A DNA stretch of 46,363 bases from Planctomycetota bacterium (GTDB taxonomy: Bacteria; Planctomycetota; MHYJ01; WSZJ01): positions 1 through 46,363 of the forward strand of contig JBBTCT010000041.1 in assembly GCA_038060895.1 (NCBI GenBank), read 5' to 3'. The notes beneath the pieces were generated by a model, which was not told where the DNA came from, did not search any database, and saw nothing but the letters and a program-made list of their open reading frames with translations. Made by a program: the position numbers and the translations under genes. Below are positions 1-7,732 of this stretch, one piece after another (position 1 is the stretch's first letter; each line of letters opens with the position of its first letter).

Positions 1-140
1 GGCGAGCGGGCGAGCGGGCGAGCGGGCGAGCGGGCGAAAAAACAACAGCCGCCGAACTTGGAGAGTCACTTTGTCGTTCGCCCGCCCGCCCGCCCGCCCG
101 CCTGCCCGCCTGCTCGCCTGCCCGCCTGCCCGCCCGCCCA
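1..140. repeat. (GGCGAGCG)n arm, ~40-nt spacer, then inverted (CCCG/CCTG)n arm downstream of bamA
   Basis: 1-36 is tandem GGCGAGCG ending cgggcgaa; 77-140 begins ttcgcccg and continues as degenerate CCCG/CCTG/CTCG tetramers (reverse complement of the left arm). Confidence 0.85.
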
Positions 141-145
141 CAGGC

Positions 146-2716
146 CTAGAACCCGAAGTCGAATCCAATATGAATGGCCTGCCGCTCGTCCCCATCCTGC
201 TTCCTCAGCGGAATTCCCCAGTCGATCGTCAGCGGAATGACCTGCGGCCCCAGCGGGATCTGGAGCCGCACCCCGATCCCGACCGACCAGCGGAAGTAGC
301 CAAAGTCACGCGTGTGCGCGACGACCGTTCCCCAGTCCGTGAAAACCGCACCCCGCAGGACGTCGACGTCTCTTCCCCCGATCTCCGGCCGGATGATCGG
401 CCAGGTGATTTCCGCAGAAGCGAGTGCCTTGATGTTCCCGCCGATCGGATGGCGTCCTTCTTTCGGGCTGATGGTTCGCGGTTCGAAGCCGCGCAGACTG
501 GTGCCACCGGCGTAGTACCGCTCGAAGATCGGGAGCGAGAGGCTGTAATAGTGTTCCTGGGCAAATCCCCCCGCCAGTTCCGTCTCGAAGATGACCTTGC
601 CGCCGGCGAGCGGGCCGGCGGGGAATGTCCAGAGCGTGGAAAACGCCTGGTGGCGGTAGTTGAACTTCCAGAAATCGAAATCGCCGCCGATCGGGTACCC
701 GGCGTACTCATAGCTCATCGAAGACACGAACCCCTGGGTCGGGAAAACCGTGCTGTTCCGGCGGTCGAGCGAGACATGAACGGTGACGCTGGAAAGATAG
801 TTGAGCCCTTCGACTTCCCGCAGGTCGGTCGGCCCGTCGTCATCCACGTCGAGGATGTTGATCCGCGCCAGCCGGTATCCCACGCCCACCGCGTAGTTTC
901 GCTTCCAGAAGTCGTCCACGCTGTACCCGCGCACGACATGGTCGTCGAACACGTGGTACACGGGGATGTGGATCGCCGCATACGAGATTCCCTGCAGGAT
1001 GCCGCCCAGAAACGTGCCGGTCAGGTCGTCATCCAGCTTCCCGGGCGGCGGCGCCACGAAGTCGTTCCAGCGGTGGCCGAAGTCGATCTCACCGCCGAGC
1101 CGGCGCTCCCGATAGAAGCGCTGGTCGATGTCGAAGAAGGAGCCTGCTACCGTCATGGAGACCGGGTAGTCGAACAGCCAGGGCTCCGTGAACGATACCG
1201 AGTAGCTGCTCCGCTGAAACCCCGGCTGGAGGTCGATCGAGGCAATCTGGCCTCCCCCGGCGAATCCATCGCCGTCGAAGAGCTCCGAGAGACTCTTCGG
1301 CAGATCGAACAGGTCGAAGTTGTTCTGCGTCACGGCGAGCTTGCCGCTGAACCCGCCTTCATCGCTGTACGTGCCGCCGAACTGGAGATTTCCCGTTCGC
1401 CCCTCCTGCACGTGGATCAGCAGGTCCCGCTCGTCCTTTTCGCGCCCGGGCGTCACTTCCACCACGATGACCGGGTCGCGCACCGGGCCCCAGGCGCGGG
1501 CGAAGAGCTGCTGGTTCGTCGGTTCGAAGTAGCGCAGTCCCTTCAGCCGTTCCATTCCCGCGTCGAGGTAGAGCTTGTTGAATTCTTCACCGGGCAGGAG
1601 GAGCATTTCGCGGCGGAGGACTTTCTCGCGTGTGCGGTGGTGTCCGACGAAATCGACGCGCCCCACGTAGACCTTCGTGCCCTCGCGGATTTTCCACGTG
1701 ATCTTCACGTGGCCCCTTTCGACGAGGTACTGCGGCACGGCGACGGCCTCGGCGTCGATGTAGGCCTTCTCCCGGTACTTGTCGACCATCCAGAGTTCGT
1801 CCCGGTCCACCGCGTGAAGCGCGTACGGCTCGCCCGGGCGCACCTTGAGCCCCTGGTAGAGCTCGTTCACGCCGAAGAGGCTCGCGCCCTCGATCTCGAT
1901 GGAATCCACGACGTACCGGAGGCCTTCCTCGATCTGGATATGGACGTCAACCCAGTGCCGGTCCGCGTCCCAGACGAGTTCGCGGATGTAGACTTTTGCA
2001 TCCTGGTAACCCTCGTTTCGGACGTACCGGAGGAGGGCCTTCACGTCGGCTTCGAGTACCGATGCGATGTAGTTCGGAGGCGACACGAGATTCCACAGGT
2101 CCCACTCGTCCGTCTGCATCGTCTTCGCCAGCTTCCCCGCGTCCAGCCCCGATACCCCGTGAAAGACAATGTCGCTGACGCTGACTCGCGGCCCTTCCCT
2201 CACCGTCATCGTCACGATCGCCCCCTTGCCCGTCGAGGCCTCCGCGGGGGTCACCTTCACAAACGCATATCCTTCGGCGAGGTACTTGTCACGGATGCGA
2301 TCCGCGTCGAGCCGGACCTTCCACGGCGCGAAATACTCCGCCGGCTTCAGGATCGCGCCCGTCGCGAGATCCTCGTTGTTGAACTTCCTGTTGCCGACGT
2401 AGCGGACCTCACGCAGGACGTCGTTTTCGAGGACCTCGAGCACGATGACCACCGCCTCCGGGCCGGCCTCGATGCATCGCGCCGAGCGCTTCACGTCCGC
2501 AAACCAGCCGGTCCCGAAGAGCCTCCGGATGTCCTGGTCGAGCGCCTCGCTCGAGTACGGACGGCCGACGTGCGTGGACATCTTCTGCCGGACCTCGTCC
2601 GGCGTGTGGATCCGCAGCCCCTCGATCTCGACACGCTTCACCACCGGCGCGTCCTGCGCCCGTGCGATGGCCGCCGCCAGGAAAAACAGGGCGGCAAAGA
2701 AGCGCTGGACCTGCAT
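146..2716 (-). CDS. bamA: Outer membrane protein assembly factor BamA (Omp85)
   Basis: Signal peptide, repeated POTRA-like segments (e.g. VGRVDFVGHHRTREKVLRRE), FTEPWLFD, YYAGG-LRGF loop-6 motif, C-terminal IGFDFGF. Confidence 0.93.
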   Translation of the reverse strand: MQVQRFFAALFFLAAAIARAQDAPVVKRVEIEGLRIHTPDEVRQKMSTHVGRPYSSEALDQDIRRLFGTGWFADVKRSARCIEAGPEAVVIVLEVLENDVLREVRYVGNRKFNNEDLATGAILKPAEYFAPWKVRLDADRIRDKYLAEGYAFVKVTPAEASTGKGAIVTMTVREGPRVSVSDIVFHGVSGLDAGKLAKTMQTDEWDLWNLVSPPNYIASVLEADVKALLRYVRNEGYQDAKVYIRELVWDADRHWVDVHIQIEEGLRYVVDSIEIEGASLFGVNELYQGLKVRPGEPYALHAVDRDELWMVDKYREKAYIDAEAVAVPQYLVERGHVKITWKIREGTKVYVGRVDFVGHHRTREKVLRREMLLLPGEEFNKLYLDAGMERLKGLRYFEPTNQQLFARAWGPVRDPVIVVEVTPGREKDERDLLIHVQEGRTGNLQFGGTYSDEGGFSGKLAVTQNNFDLFDLPKSLSELFDGDGFAGGGQIASIDLQPGFQRSSYSVSFTEPWLFDYPVSMTVAGSFFDIDQRFYRERRLGGEIDFGHRWNDFVAPPPGKLDDDLTGTFLGGILQGISYAAIHIPVYHVFDDHVVRGYSVDDFWKRNYAVGVGYRLARINILDVDDDGPTDLREVEGLNYLSSVTVHVSLDRRNSTVFPTQGFVSSMSYEYAGYPIGGDFDFWKFNYRHQAFSTLWTFPAGPLAGGKVIFETELAGGFAQEHYYSLSLPIFERYYAGGTSLRGFEPRTISPKEGRHPIGGNIKALASAEITWPIIRPEIGGRDVDVLRGAVFTDWGTVVAHTRDFGYFRWSVGIGVRLQIPLGPQVIPLTIDWGIPLRKQDGDERQAIHIGFDFGF

Positions 2717-2805
2717 GAGGGGCGGAGGATACGGGGGAGGCGGGGCGGAGGCAAGGAGGCGAATTCCCTTCTCGGCCCGCCGATTCCTGCGATAACGGGC
2801 GCCCC

Positions 2806-4011
2806 ATGAAAATCAAGCTCCTGCCCGAGGACTTCGTCGTCGAGGAGCTGGCGGACATTCCGGCCGGAAGCGGCTCGATCGCGATCTACACGCTCGAGAA
2901 GTCCGGGATCACGACGCTCGACGCTCTCGCCGCGGTCGCGCGGGCGTTCGACCTCCCCCGCAAGGTCGTCCGCCACGCCGGGCTCAAGGACCGCCACGCG
3001 GTGACGACACAGCACCTCTGGATCGAGGGCGGCCCCGCGAAGTCGATCGAGGAAAAAGGGCTCGCACTTCGCTTCCTGAAAAAAGCCGGCGGTCCGCCCG
3101 TATCACGCGGCAACCGCTTCCGCATCGTGCTGCGGGACCTGGATCCCGTGGAAGCGCCGCGGCTGGCGGGGGCGGCGGACTCCGTTGCGGCCGACGGCGT
3201 CCCGAACTACTTCGACTCGCAGCGCTTCGGCTCGTCGCGCCACGGCGAGGGCTTCGTAGGCAAGAAAGTCCTGCTGCGGAACTGGGAAGAGGCGCTGAAG
3301 CTCGCGCTCGCGAAGCCGTCGCGGTTCGACACGGAATCCCGGCAGAAGAGGATGCAGTCGTTCAAGAGGCACTGGGGCCAGTGGGAGATGTGCCTCGAGC
3401 GGTCGGGGACGCGGACGGAGGCGCACATCTTCGGGTACCTGATGCGCCGCCGCGGGGACTTTTCGGGGGCGCTGAAGCTGATCGAGCGGCCGATGCTTGC
3501 GATGTACATGCACGCGTACCAGTCGTGGCTCTGGAACGAAGCGGTGTCGCGCTTCCTGAAGCACGCGCTGCCGTCGGACGTCCTGATGGCGGCGCGCTAT
3601 CTTGGCGGGTACCTCTGGTTCCACCGGTTCGTGCCGGCCGATCTCTCGTCGAAATGGCGCCGCATGACCGTGCCGCTTCTCGCGTACCGCACGCGATTCG
3701 AGGACGGCGGTGTTTCGCTCGCGTACGAGGAGATCCTCCGGGCGGAAAAACTCGAGCAGGGGGACTTCAAGCCGGCGGGCCACAATCTTCCCTACATGAA
3801 GGGGGAAGAGCGGTCTCTTCTGCTGATCCCGGCGAAGATGAAGGCAGGCGCCATCGAGGATGACGACAAGTACGCGGGACGGAAGAAATCGGTGATCGAG
3901 TTCGAGCTGGGAAGAGGCGGCTACGCCACGCTGATCGTGAAGAAGTTGAGGCTGATGATTTCAGAAGGGAAGGACGGTGTGGATGAGGTGGAGGCAGCGG
4001 AGGAGGAGTGA
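2806..4011 (+). CDS. truD: tRNA pseudouridine(13) synthase TruD
   Basis: K..PEDFVVEE, AGLKDRHAVTTQ, GNRFRIVLR, VPNYFDSQRFG, HAYQSWLWN, FELGRGGYAT motifs. Confidence 0.95.
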   Translation: MKIKLLPEDFVVEELADIPAGSGSIAIYTLEKSGITTLDALAAVARAFDLPRKVVRHAGLKDRHAVTTQHLWIEGGPAKSIEEKGLALRFLKKAGGPPVSRGNRFRIVLRDLDPVEAPRLAGAADSVAADGVPNYFDSQRFGSSRHGEGFVGKKVLLRNWEEALKLALAKPSRFDTESRQKRMQSFKRHWGQWEMCLERSGTRTEAHIFGYLMRRRGDFSGALKLIERPMLAMYMHAYQSWLWNEAVSRFLKHALPSDVLMAARYLGGYLWFHRFVPADLSSKWRRMTVPLLAYRTRFEDGGVSLAYEEILRAEKLEQGDFKPAGHNLPYMKGEERSLLLIPAKMKAGAIEDDDKYAGRKKSVIEFELGRGGYATLIVKKLRLMISEGKDGVDEVEAAEEE

Positions 4012-4054
4012 GTGGGGAGGCGAGAGTATTGAGTAGGGAGGAGTGGGGAGTGGG
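4010..4054. repeat. Purine-rich 7-nt-period repeat (GAGTRNN-like)
   Basis: gagtggg gaggcga gagtatt gagtagg gaggagt ggggagt at a convergent junction. Confidence 0.6.
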
Positions 4055-4074
4055 TCGGGAGCAGGAACGGCCTC

Positions 4075-4437
4075 TTAGCCCACGAAGAAACTGGTGCCCC
4101 ACGTCGAAACCCGGCAGACCAGGAACACGCACGCAAGACCTCGGTGCATCGGTCTCCCCGTTCCCCTGCGCGCCAGCTTTGTGCCCGTCACCGTCATTGC
4201 CGTGTACAGCAGAAGCGCCGAAAGTGCGAACGCGATGTGCACCATGAGAATGGTCGTCGGCTCCGCGGCCGCTTTCTGCACCGCGTTCCGCTGCACCTGC
4301 AGGTAGACCACGCTCCCAAGGTCCAGCGCGAACGCGCCCAACATGATCGGGATATGGATCCGGCGCCTGCGCCGGAAGGCCAGCCCCGCCGCGATGAGCG
4401 CGAGCACCACCGTCGAATAGAGCTGGACCGGCGTCAC
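4075..4437 (-). CDS. Small integral membrane protein, DUF420-like
   Basis: C-terminal 120 aa of track ORF 4075..5175; GTG start overlaps the upstream TGA (GTGA); about 4 hydrophobic helices with His residues (IHIPIM, MVHIAF, MHRGLA). Confidence 0.7.
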   Translation of the reverse strand: MTPVQLYSTVVLALIAAGLAFRRRRRIHIPIMLGAFALDLGSVVYLQVQRNAVQKAAAEPTTILMVHIAFALSALLLYTAMTVTGTKLARRGTGRPMHRGLACVFLVCRVSTWGTSFFVG

Positions 4438-6662
4438 GCGGTCGTCGCCCCGGGTGGCGCCTCCGCCACGGTCGGCGCCTTCGAGTCGCCCTGGACGCGC
4501 GCGCAGTTGCGCCCGGCGGCCTTGGCGGCATAGAGCGCGGTGTCCGCCGCCTTCACGAGCAGCTCCGGCGTGTCGCCGTGCTCGGGGAACGCCGACACTC
4601 CGATCGACACCGTCACCTGCCCGAATTCCAGCCCCTTGATCGGCAGCACGATCCGGCGCGTCGCCTCCAGGATGCGCTCCGCCGCGATCCGCGCCTGGTT
4701 CAGGCCCGTCTCCGCGAGCAGCACCGCAAATTCCTCCCCGCCGTACCGCACCATGACGTCGCTTCCGCGCGCGGTGGCCTGAAGCGATTTCGCGAACTCG
4801 CGCAGGACGACGTCGCCGGCGTCGTGGCCGTACGTGTCGTTGAATTTCTTGAAGTGGTCTATGTCGATCATGAGAACGCCGAGCAGGTGGTGGAAGCGCT
4901 TGGCCTGGGCGACCATGGCGCGCGCGGTCGTGTCGAAGTGGCGGCGGTTGTACAGGCTCGTGAGCGGGTCGCGGACCGCGGCCTGGGAAACGAGAGCGAG
5001 GTAGCGCTTCGCCTGCACCGACGCGGAAGCGGAACGGATGAGCTCGAGCGCAAGTTCCACGCGGGCCGGATCCGGGTTCGGGGACTGGAACTCGAGGTGG
5101 ATCGTTCCTTCGACCTTGCCGCCGACCGAAATCGGCGCGCACAGGAAGCCGCCGGGGGAAATTCGCCCGAGGCACGGCTGCACGCGCTCGTCGCAGGTCC
5201 GCGGGTCCACCGGTTCGCCCGTCTCCAGCACCGGGCAGATCCCGGGATTCGCAATCACGGGCGCTTCGAACCCTGGCTCCGGCCGCAGCCCCGTCGTCCG
5301 CTCCGCCCGCAGCCGGTCGCTCCCGGGCCTCTTCAGGAAAATGTTGATGCTCTGCGGCTGCAGGACCGCCTCCAGGTGGTAGTTCAGCCGCCGCAGGACC
5401 TCATCGTCGTCCTTGGCCTCCTGCATCTCCGCGGCCAGCTTGTTCTTCACCGTCAGCGCAAAATCGCGCGCCCGCATCGTGTCTTCCCACTCGCGCTGCT
5501 TCGACATGTCGCGGTGAACCGCGACGGCGCCGATCACGTTTTTGTCCTGGTCGAAGAGCGGCGCCGCGGTGATCGAGAGGGGAATGAAGAGGTTCTCGCG
5601 CTGGGCGCAGAGGTCGTCGGAAGAGACTTTCGTCTTCTTCGATATCGCCTGCGCCACGGGCAGGTTCGCGGGATCGACGTCATGCCCGTCCGGCTTGACG
5701 AGTTTCGGCTCGGAGCCCAGGAGCAATTCCCCGGCGGCGTTGACCATCAGCGTCTCGCCCTCCGCCCCCGCAAGCACAACGCTTTCGTCGAGGCTGTCGA
5801 GAATCGTGAACAGCTTTCCGCGCTCGCGCCGTTCCACGCCGGCCAGCGCTTCGACCTCCTTCGCCATCCGGTCGACCTCGAGGGCCCTGGCTTCCAGACG
5901 TGCGCGGTCAACCACTCCGCGCCGGCGCGCGACGACGTAGCCGCCGAGCAGAAGGGCCGAAAGGACGACGATGGACGCGACGAGGGCCTGCGACTTGGAA
6001 AGCTCCTGCGAGTCCTCGCGAACGTGCAGAGTCCAGGTGAGGCCCGGCAACGAGAGTTTGACCCTCAGCTTCGCCTCGCCCGCGGGCTCCCGGGACACGG
6101 GCTTCCGTCCCCGCGAATCCGTGAGCACGAACGGTGAGTCTTCGCCCGCGGAAGCGTTGACGGCGTCTCCGACGAGCCGGTCGAGCCGGAAGACGCCCGC
6201 GACCGCGCCGCCGTTCGCCGGCGCCCAGATCACGACGACGGTTTCCTGGTTCGGGGCCGAGGCAGGATCGTCGACCGCCGTGGTGCCCGCGAGCGCCGCG
6301 CGGCACGCGGGCGTCGTGGAGACCAGACGCGTCGCACCCGAGTCAAATCCGCGGACGTCCGCCGAAAACTCCGCCTTCCCGTCCGCGCCGAACCGCGCCA
6401 CCCCGGCCAGCGCAGGGAAGACCTGCCCGATGGATTCCGCCCGCTCCCGCTCGGCGTCCGGCCCGCCTTTGACCGGGCTCCCCAGGTGCCGCACCGCTTC
6501 CACATGGCGCAGGATCGACCCCGTCACCAGCCCGCGCACCCGCTCCGCCTCCGTCGAACGCCGCGAGGCCGCCAGCTCCTCGAAATACCACACCATCGCC
6601 GCGTCGCCCGCGGCGAGCACGAGCGCGAAGATCAGAGAAGCGCCGAGGATCGACTTCTTCAG
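4434..6662 (-). CDS. Membrane sensor diguanylate cyclase (extracytoplasmic sensor-TM-PAS-GAF-GGDEF)
   Basis: DPLTSLYNRR, DIDHFKKFNDTYGHDAGD, RGSD I-site 5 aa before GGEEF, ADTALYAAK. The track starts at 6620, but the frame extends to a CTG at 6662 that completes the first TM helix. Confidence 0.9.
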   Translation of the reverse strand: MKKSILGASLIFALVLAAGDAAMVWYFEELAASRRSTEAERVRGLVTGSILRHVEAVRHLGSPVKGGPDAERERAESIGQVFPALAGVARFGADGKAEFSADVRGFDSGATRLVSTTPACRAALAGTTAVDDPASAPNQETVVVIWAPANGGAVAGVFRLDRLVGDAVNASAGEDSPFVLTDSRGRKPVSREPAGEAKLRVKLSLPGLTWTLHVREDSQELSKSQALVASIVVLSALLLGGYVVARRRGVVDRARLEARALEVDRMAKEVEALAGVERRERGKLFTILDSLDESVVLAGAEGETLMVNAAGELLLGSEPKLVKPDGHDVDPANLPVAQAISKKTKVSSDDLCAQRENLFIPLSITAAPLFDQDKNVIGAVAVHRDMSKQREWEDTMRARDFALTVKNKLAAEMQEAKDDDEVLRRLNYHLEAVLQPQSINIFLKRPGSDRLRAERTTGLRPEPGFEAPVIANPGICPVLETGEPVDPRTCDERVQPCLGRISPGGFLCAPISVGGKVEGTIHLEFQSPNPDPARVELALELIRSASASVQAKRYLALVSQAAVRDPLTSLYNRRHFDTTARAMVAQAKRFHHLLGVLMIDIDHFKKFNDTYGHDAGDVVLREFAKSLQATARGSDVMVRYGGEEFAVLLAETGLNQARIAAERILEATRRIVLPIKGLEFGQVTVSIGVSAFPEHGDTPELLVKAADTALYAAKAAGRNCARVQGDSKAPTVAEAPPGATTA

Positions 6663-7291
6663 AGCAACCCCTTTCGATTCACCGCGTCGTCACGATACCT
6701 CTCTTCCTTCCATGGGTCGCCACGCATGTGATACCCGCGTTCCTCCCAGAATCCCGCTTTGTCCTCCGCCAGAAACTCGACCCCCGTCGCCCACTTCGAG
6801 CTCTTCCAGAGGTACAGGTGCGGAATCAGGTCCCGCAGCGGCCCGCCGTGCGGCACCGGCAGAGGCGCGCCTTCGTGCTCGTACGTGAACATCGTGTCGG
6901 GGCGCGCGAAGTCGGCCATCGGGACGTTCGTCGAGTACCCGGGTTCGCCGAGAATGAGCGCAAAGCGCGCCTCAGGCCTCGGCTTGCAGCGCTTCAGGAT
7001 CTCCGTGTGCAGCACTCCGCGAAACGTCTGGTCGAGTCGTGACCAGGTCGTGACGCAGTGGAGGTCGCACTTCATGGAGACCGACGGAAGCGCGACGAAC
7101 TGATCCCACGAATAATCGAGCGGGTTTTCGACCAGGCCGCCGACGGTGAAGAAGAACTGTTTTTTCGTGATGAAGGGCGTCTGTCCGGCGGTGAGGACGG
7201 GCCAGCCGCTGACGAGTTTCTGTCCGGGCGGGACGCGATCGGACTTGCGCAGCGTGTCGGGGTGGATGATGGCGGCTGCGGCGGCGGGCAT
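6659..7291 (-). CDS. Sulfite oxidase-like molybdopterin-binding oxidoreductase (YuiH/MsrP-like)
   Basis: RVPPGQ, WPVL, DLHCVTTWS (Mo-ligating Cys), HGGPLR, YLWKSSKW, GFWEERGYHMRGDPW; ATG at 7291. Confidence 0.9.
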   Translation of the reverse strand: MPAAAAAIIHPDTLRKSDRVPPGQKLVSGWPVLTAGQTPFITKKQFFFTVGGLVENPLDYSWDQFVALPSVSMKCDLHCVTTWSRLDQTFRGVLHTEILKRCKPRPEARFALILGEPGYSTNVPMADFARPDTMFTYEHEGAPLPVPHGGPLRDLIPHLYLWKSSKWATGVEFLAEDKAGFWEERGYHMRGDPWKEERYRDDAVNRKGLL

Positions 7292-7410
7292 GACTTGGAG
7301 TGTAGGCCGATGGGAAGGGAGCGCGAAGAAGGAGTTACCGGGTCCTCCGCAGCGGGACAAGCCGATAATCCCGTGCTAGCATTATTGGAGATTCCAACAG
7401 GAGATCCGGC

Positions 7411-7629
7411 ATGCCCACGATCATCTACGGCAAGGAAGGCTGACCCTATACCAACGCCGCCCGTGAGGATTTCGGCAAAAAAGGAAAGGTCAGCTATTTC
7501 GACGTGAAGAAGGACGCAGCACAGCTCGACGCCATGCTCAAGGCTTCCGCCGGAGCGCGCCGCGTGCCCGTCATTGTCGAGGACGGCGGCAAGGTGACGG
7601 TCGGCTACAACGGGTCCTGAGGGGTCTGA
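7411..7629 (+). CDS. Glutaredoxin-like selenoprotein with two predicted Sec (UPYT and C-terminal UGV*), not in ORF track
   Basis: RBS AGGAG, then ATG 7411. Translation MPTIIYGKEG-U-PYTNAAREDFGKKGKVSYFDVKKDAAQLDAMLKASAGARRVPVIVEDGGKVTVGYNGS-U-GV*, with TGA at 7441 and 7618 and stop at 7627. Grx hallmarks are continuous across the first TGA. Confidence 0.88.
7456..7476 (+). promoter_or_regulatory. Candidate SECIS hairpin 1
   Basis: GCCG-c-CC[GTGA]GG-attt-CGGC starting 12 nt after UGA 7441-7443. Confidence 0.6.
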
Positions 7630-7635
7630 AGCGCC

Positions 7636-7652
7636 GCCGGCCGTGAGCCGGC
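7636..7652 (+). promoter_or_regulatory. Candidate SECIS hairpin 2
   Basis: GCCGGC[CGTGA]GCCGGC starting 15 nt after UGA 7618-7620; same CCGTGAG core as hairpin 1. Confidence 0.6.
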
Positions 7653-7672
7653 TCCACGAAAGCGCCCCGACG

Positions 7673-7702
7673 AAAAAGGGCCGGCGGTTTCCCGCCGGCC
7701 CT
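7673..7702 (-). terminator. Intrinsic terminator of nrdJ (possibly bidirectional)
   Basis: aaaaAGGGCCGGCGG-tttc-CCGCCGGCCCT: perfect 11-bp stem with U-tract on the minus strand. Confidence 0.85.
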
Positions 7703-7732
7703 CGACTTTCGACCTTTGACCTTCGACGGCTG

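Noticed and set aside
71-2809. Long antisense or alternate-frame ORFs (e.g. 71..2809, 19537..21390, 21567..23294, 30097..31842, 40554..42767, 43430..45808)
   Set aside because: Shadows of real genes caused by high GC3; no motifs of their own.
7411-7629. Reading the Grx-like ORF as a nonsense pseudogene
   Set aside because: Both interruptions are UGA, the first is at the catalytic position, each has a downstream hairpin, and the RBS and frame are intact.
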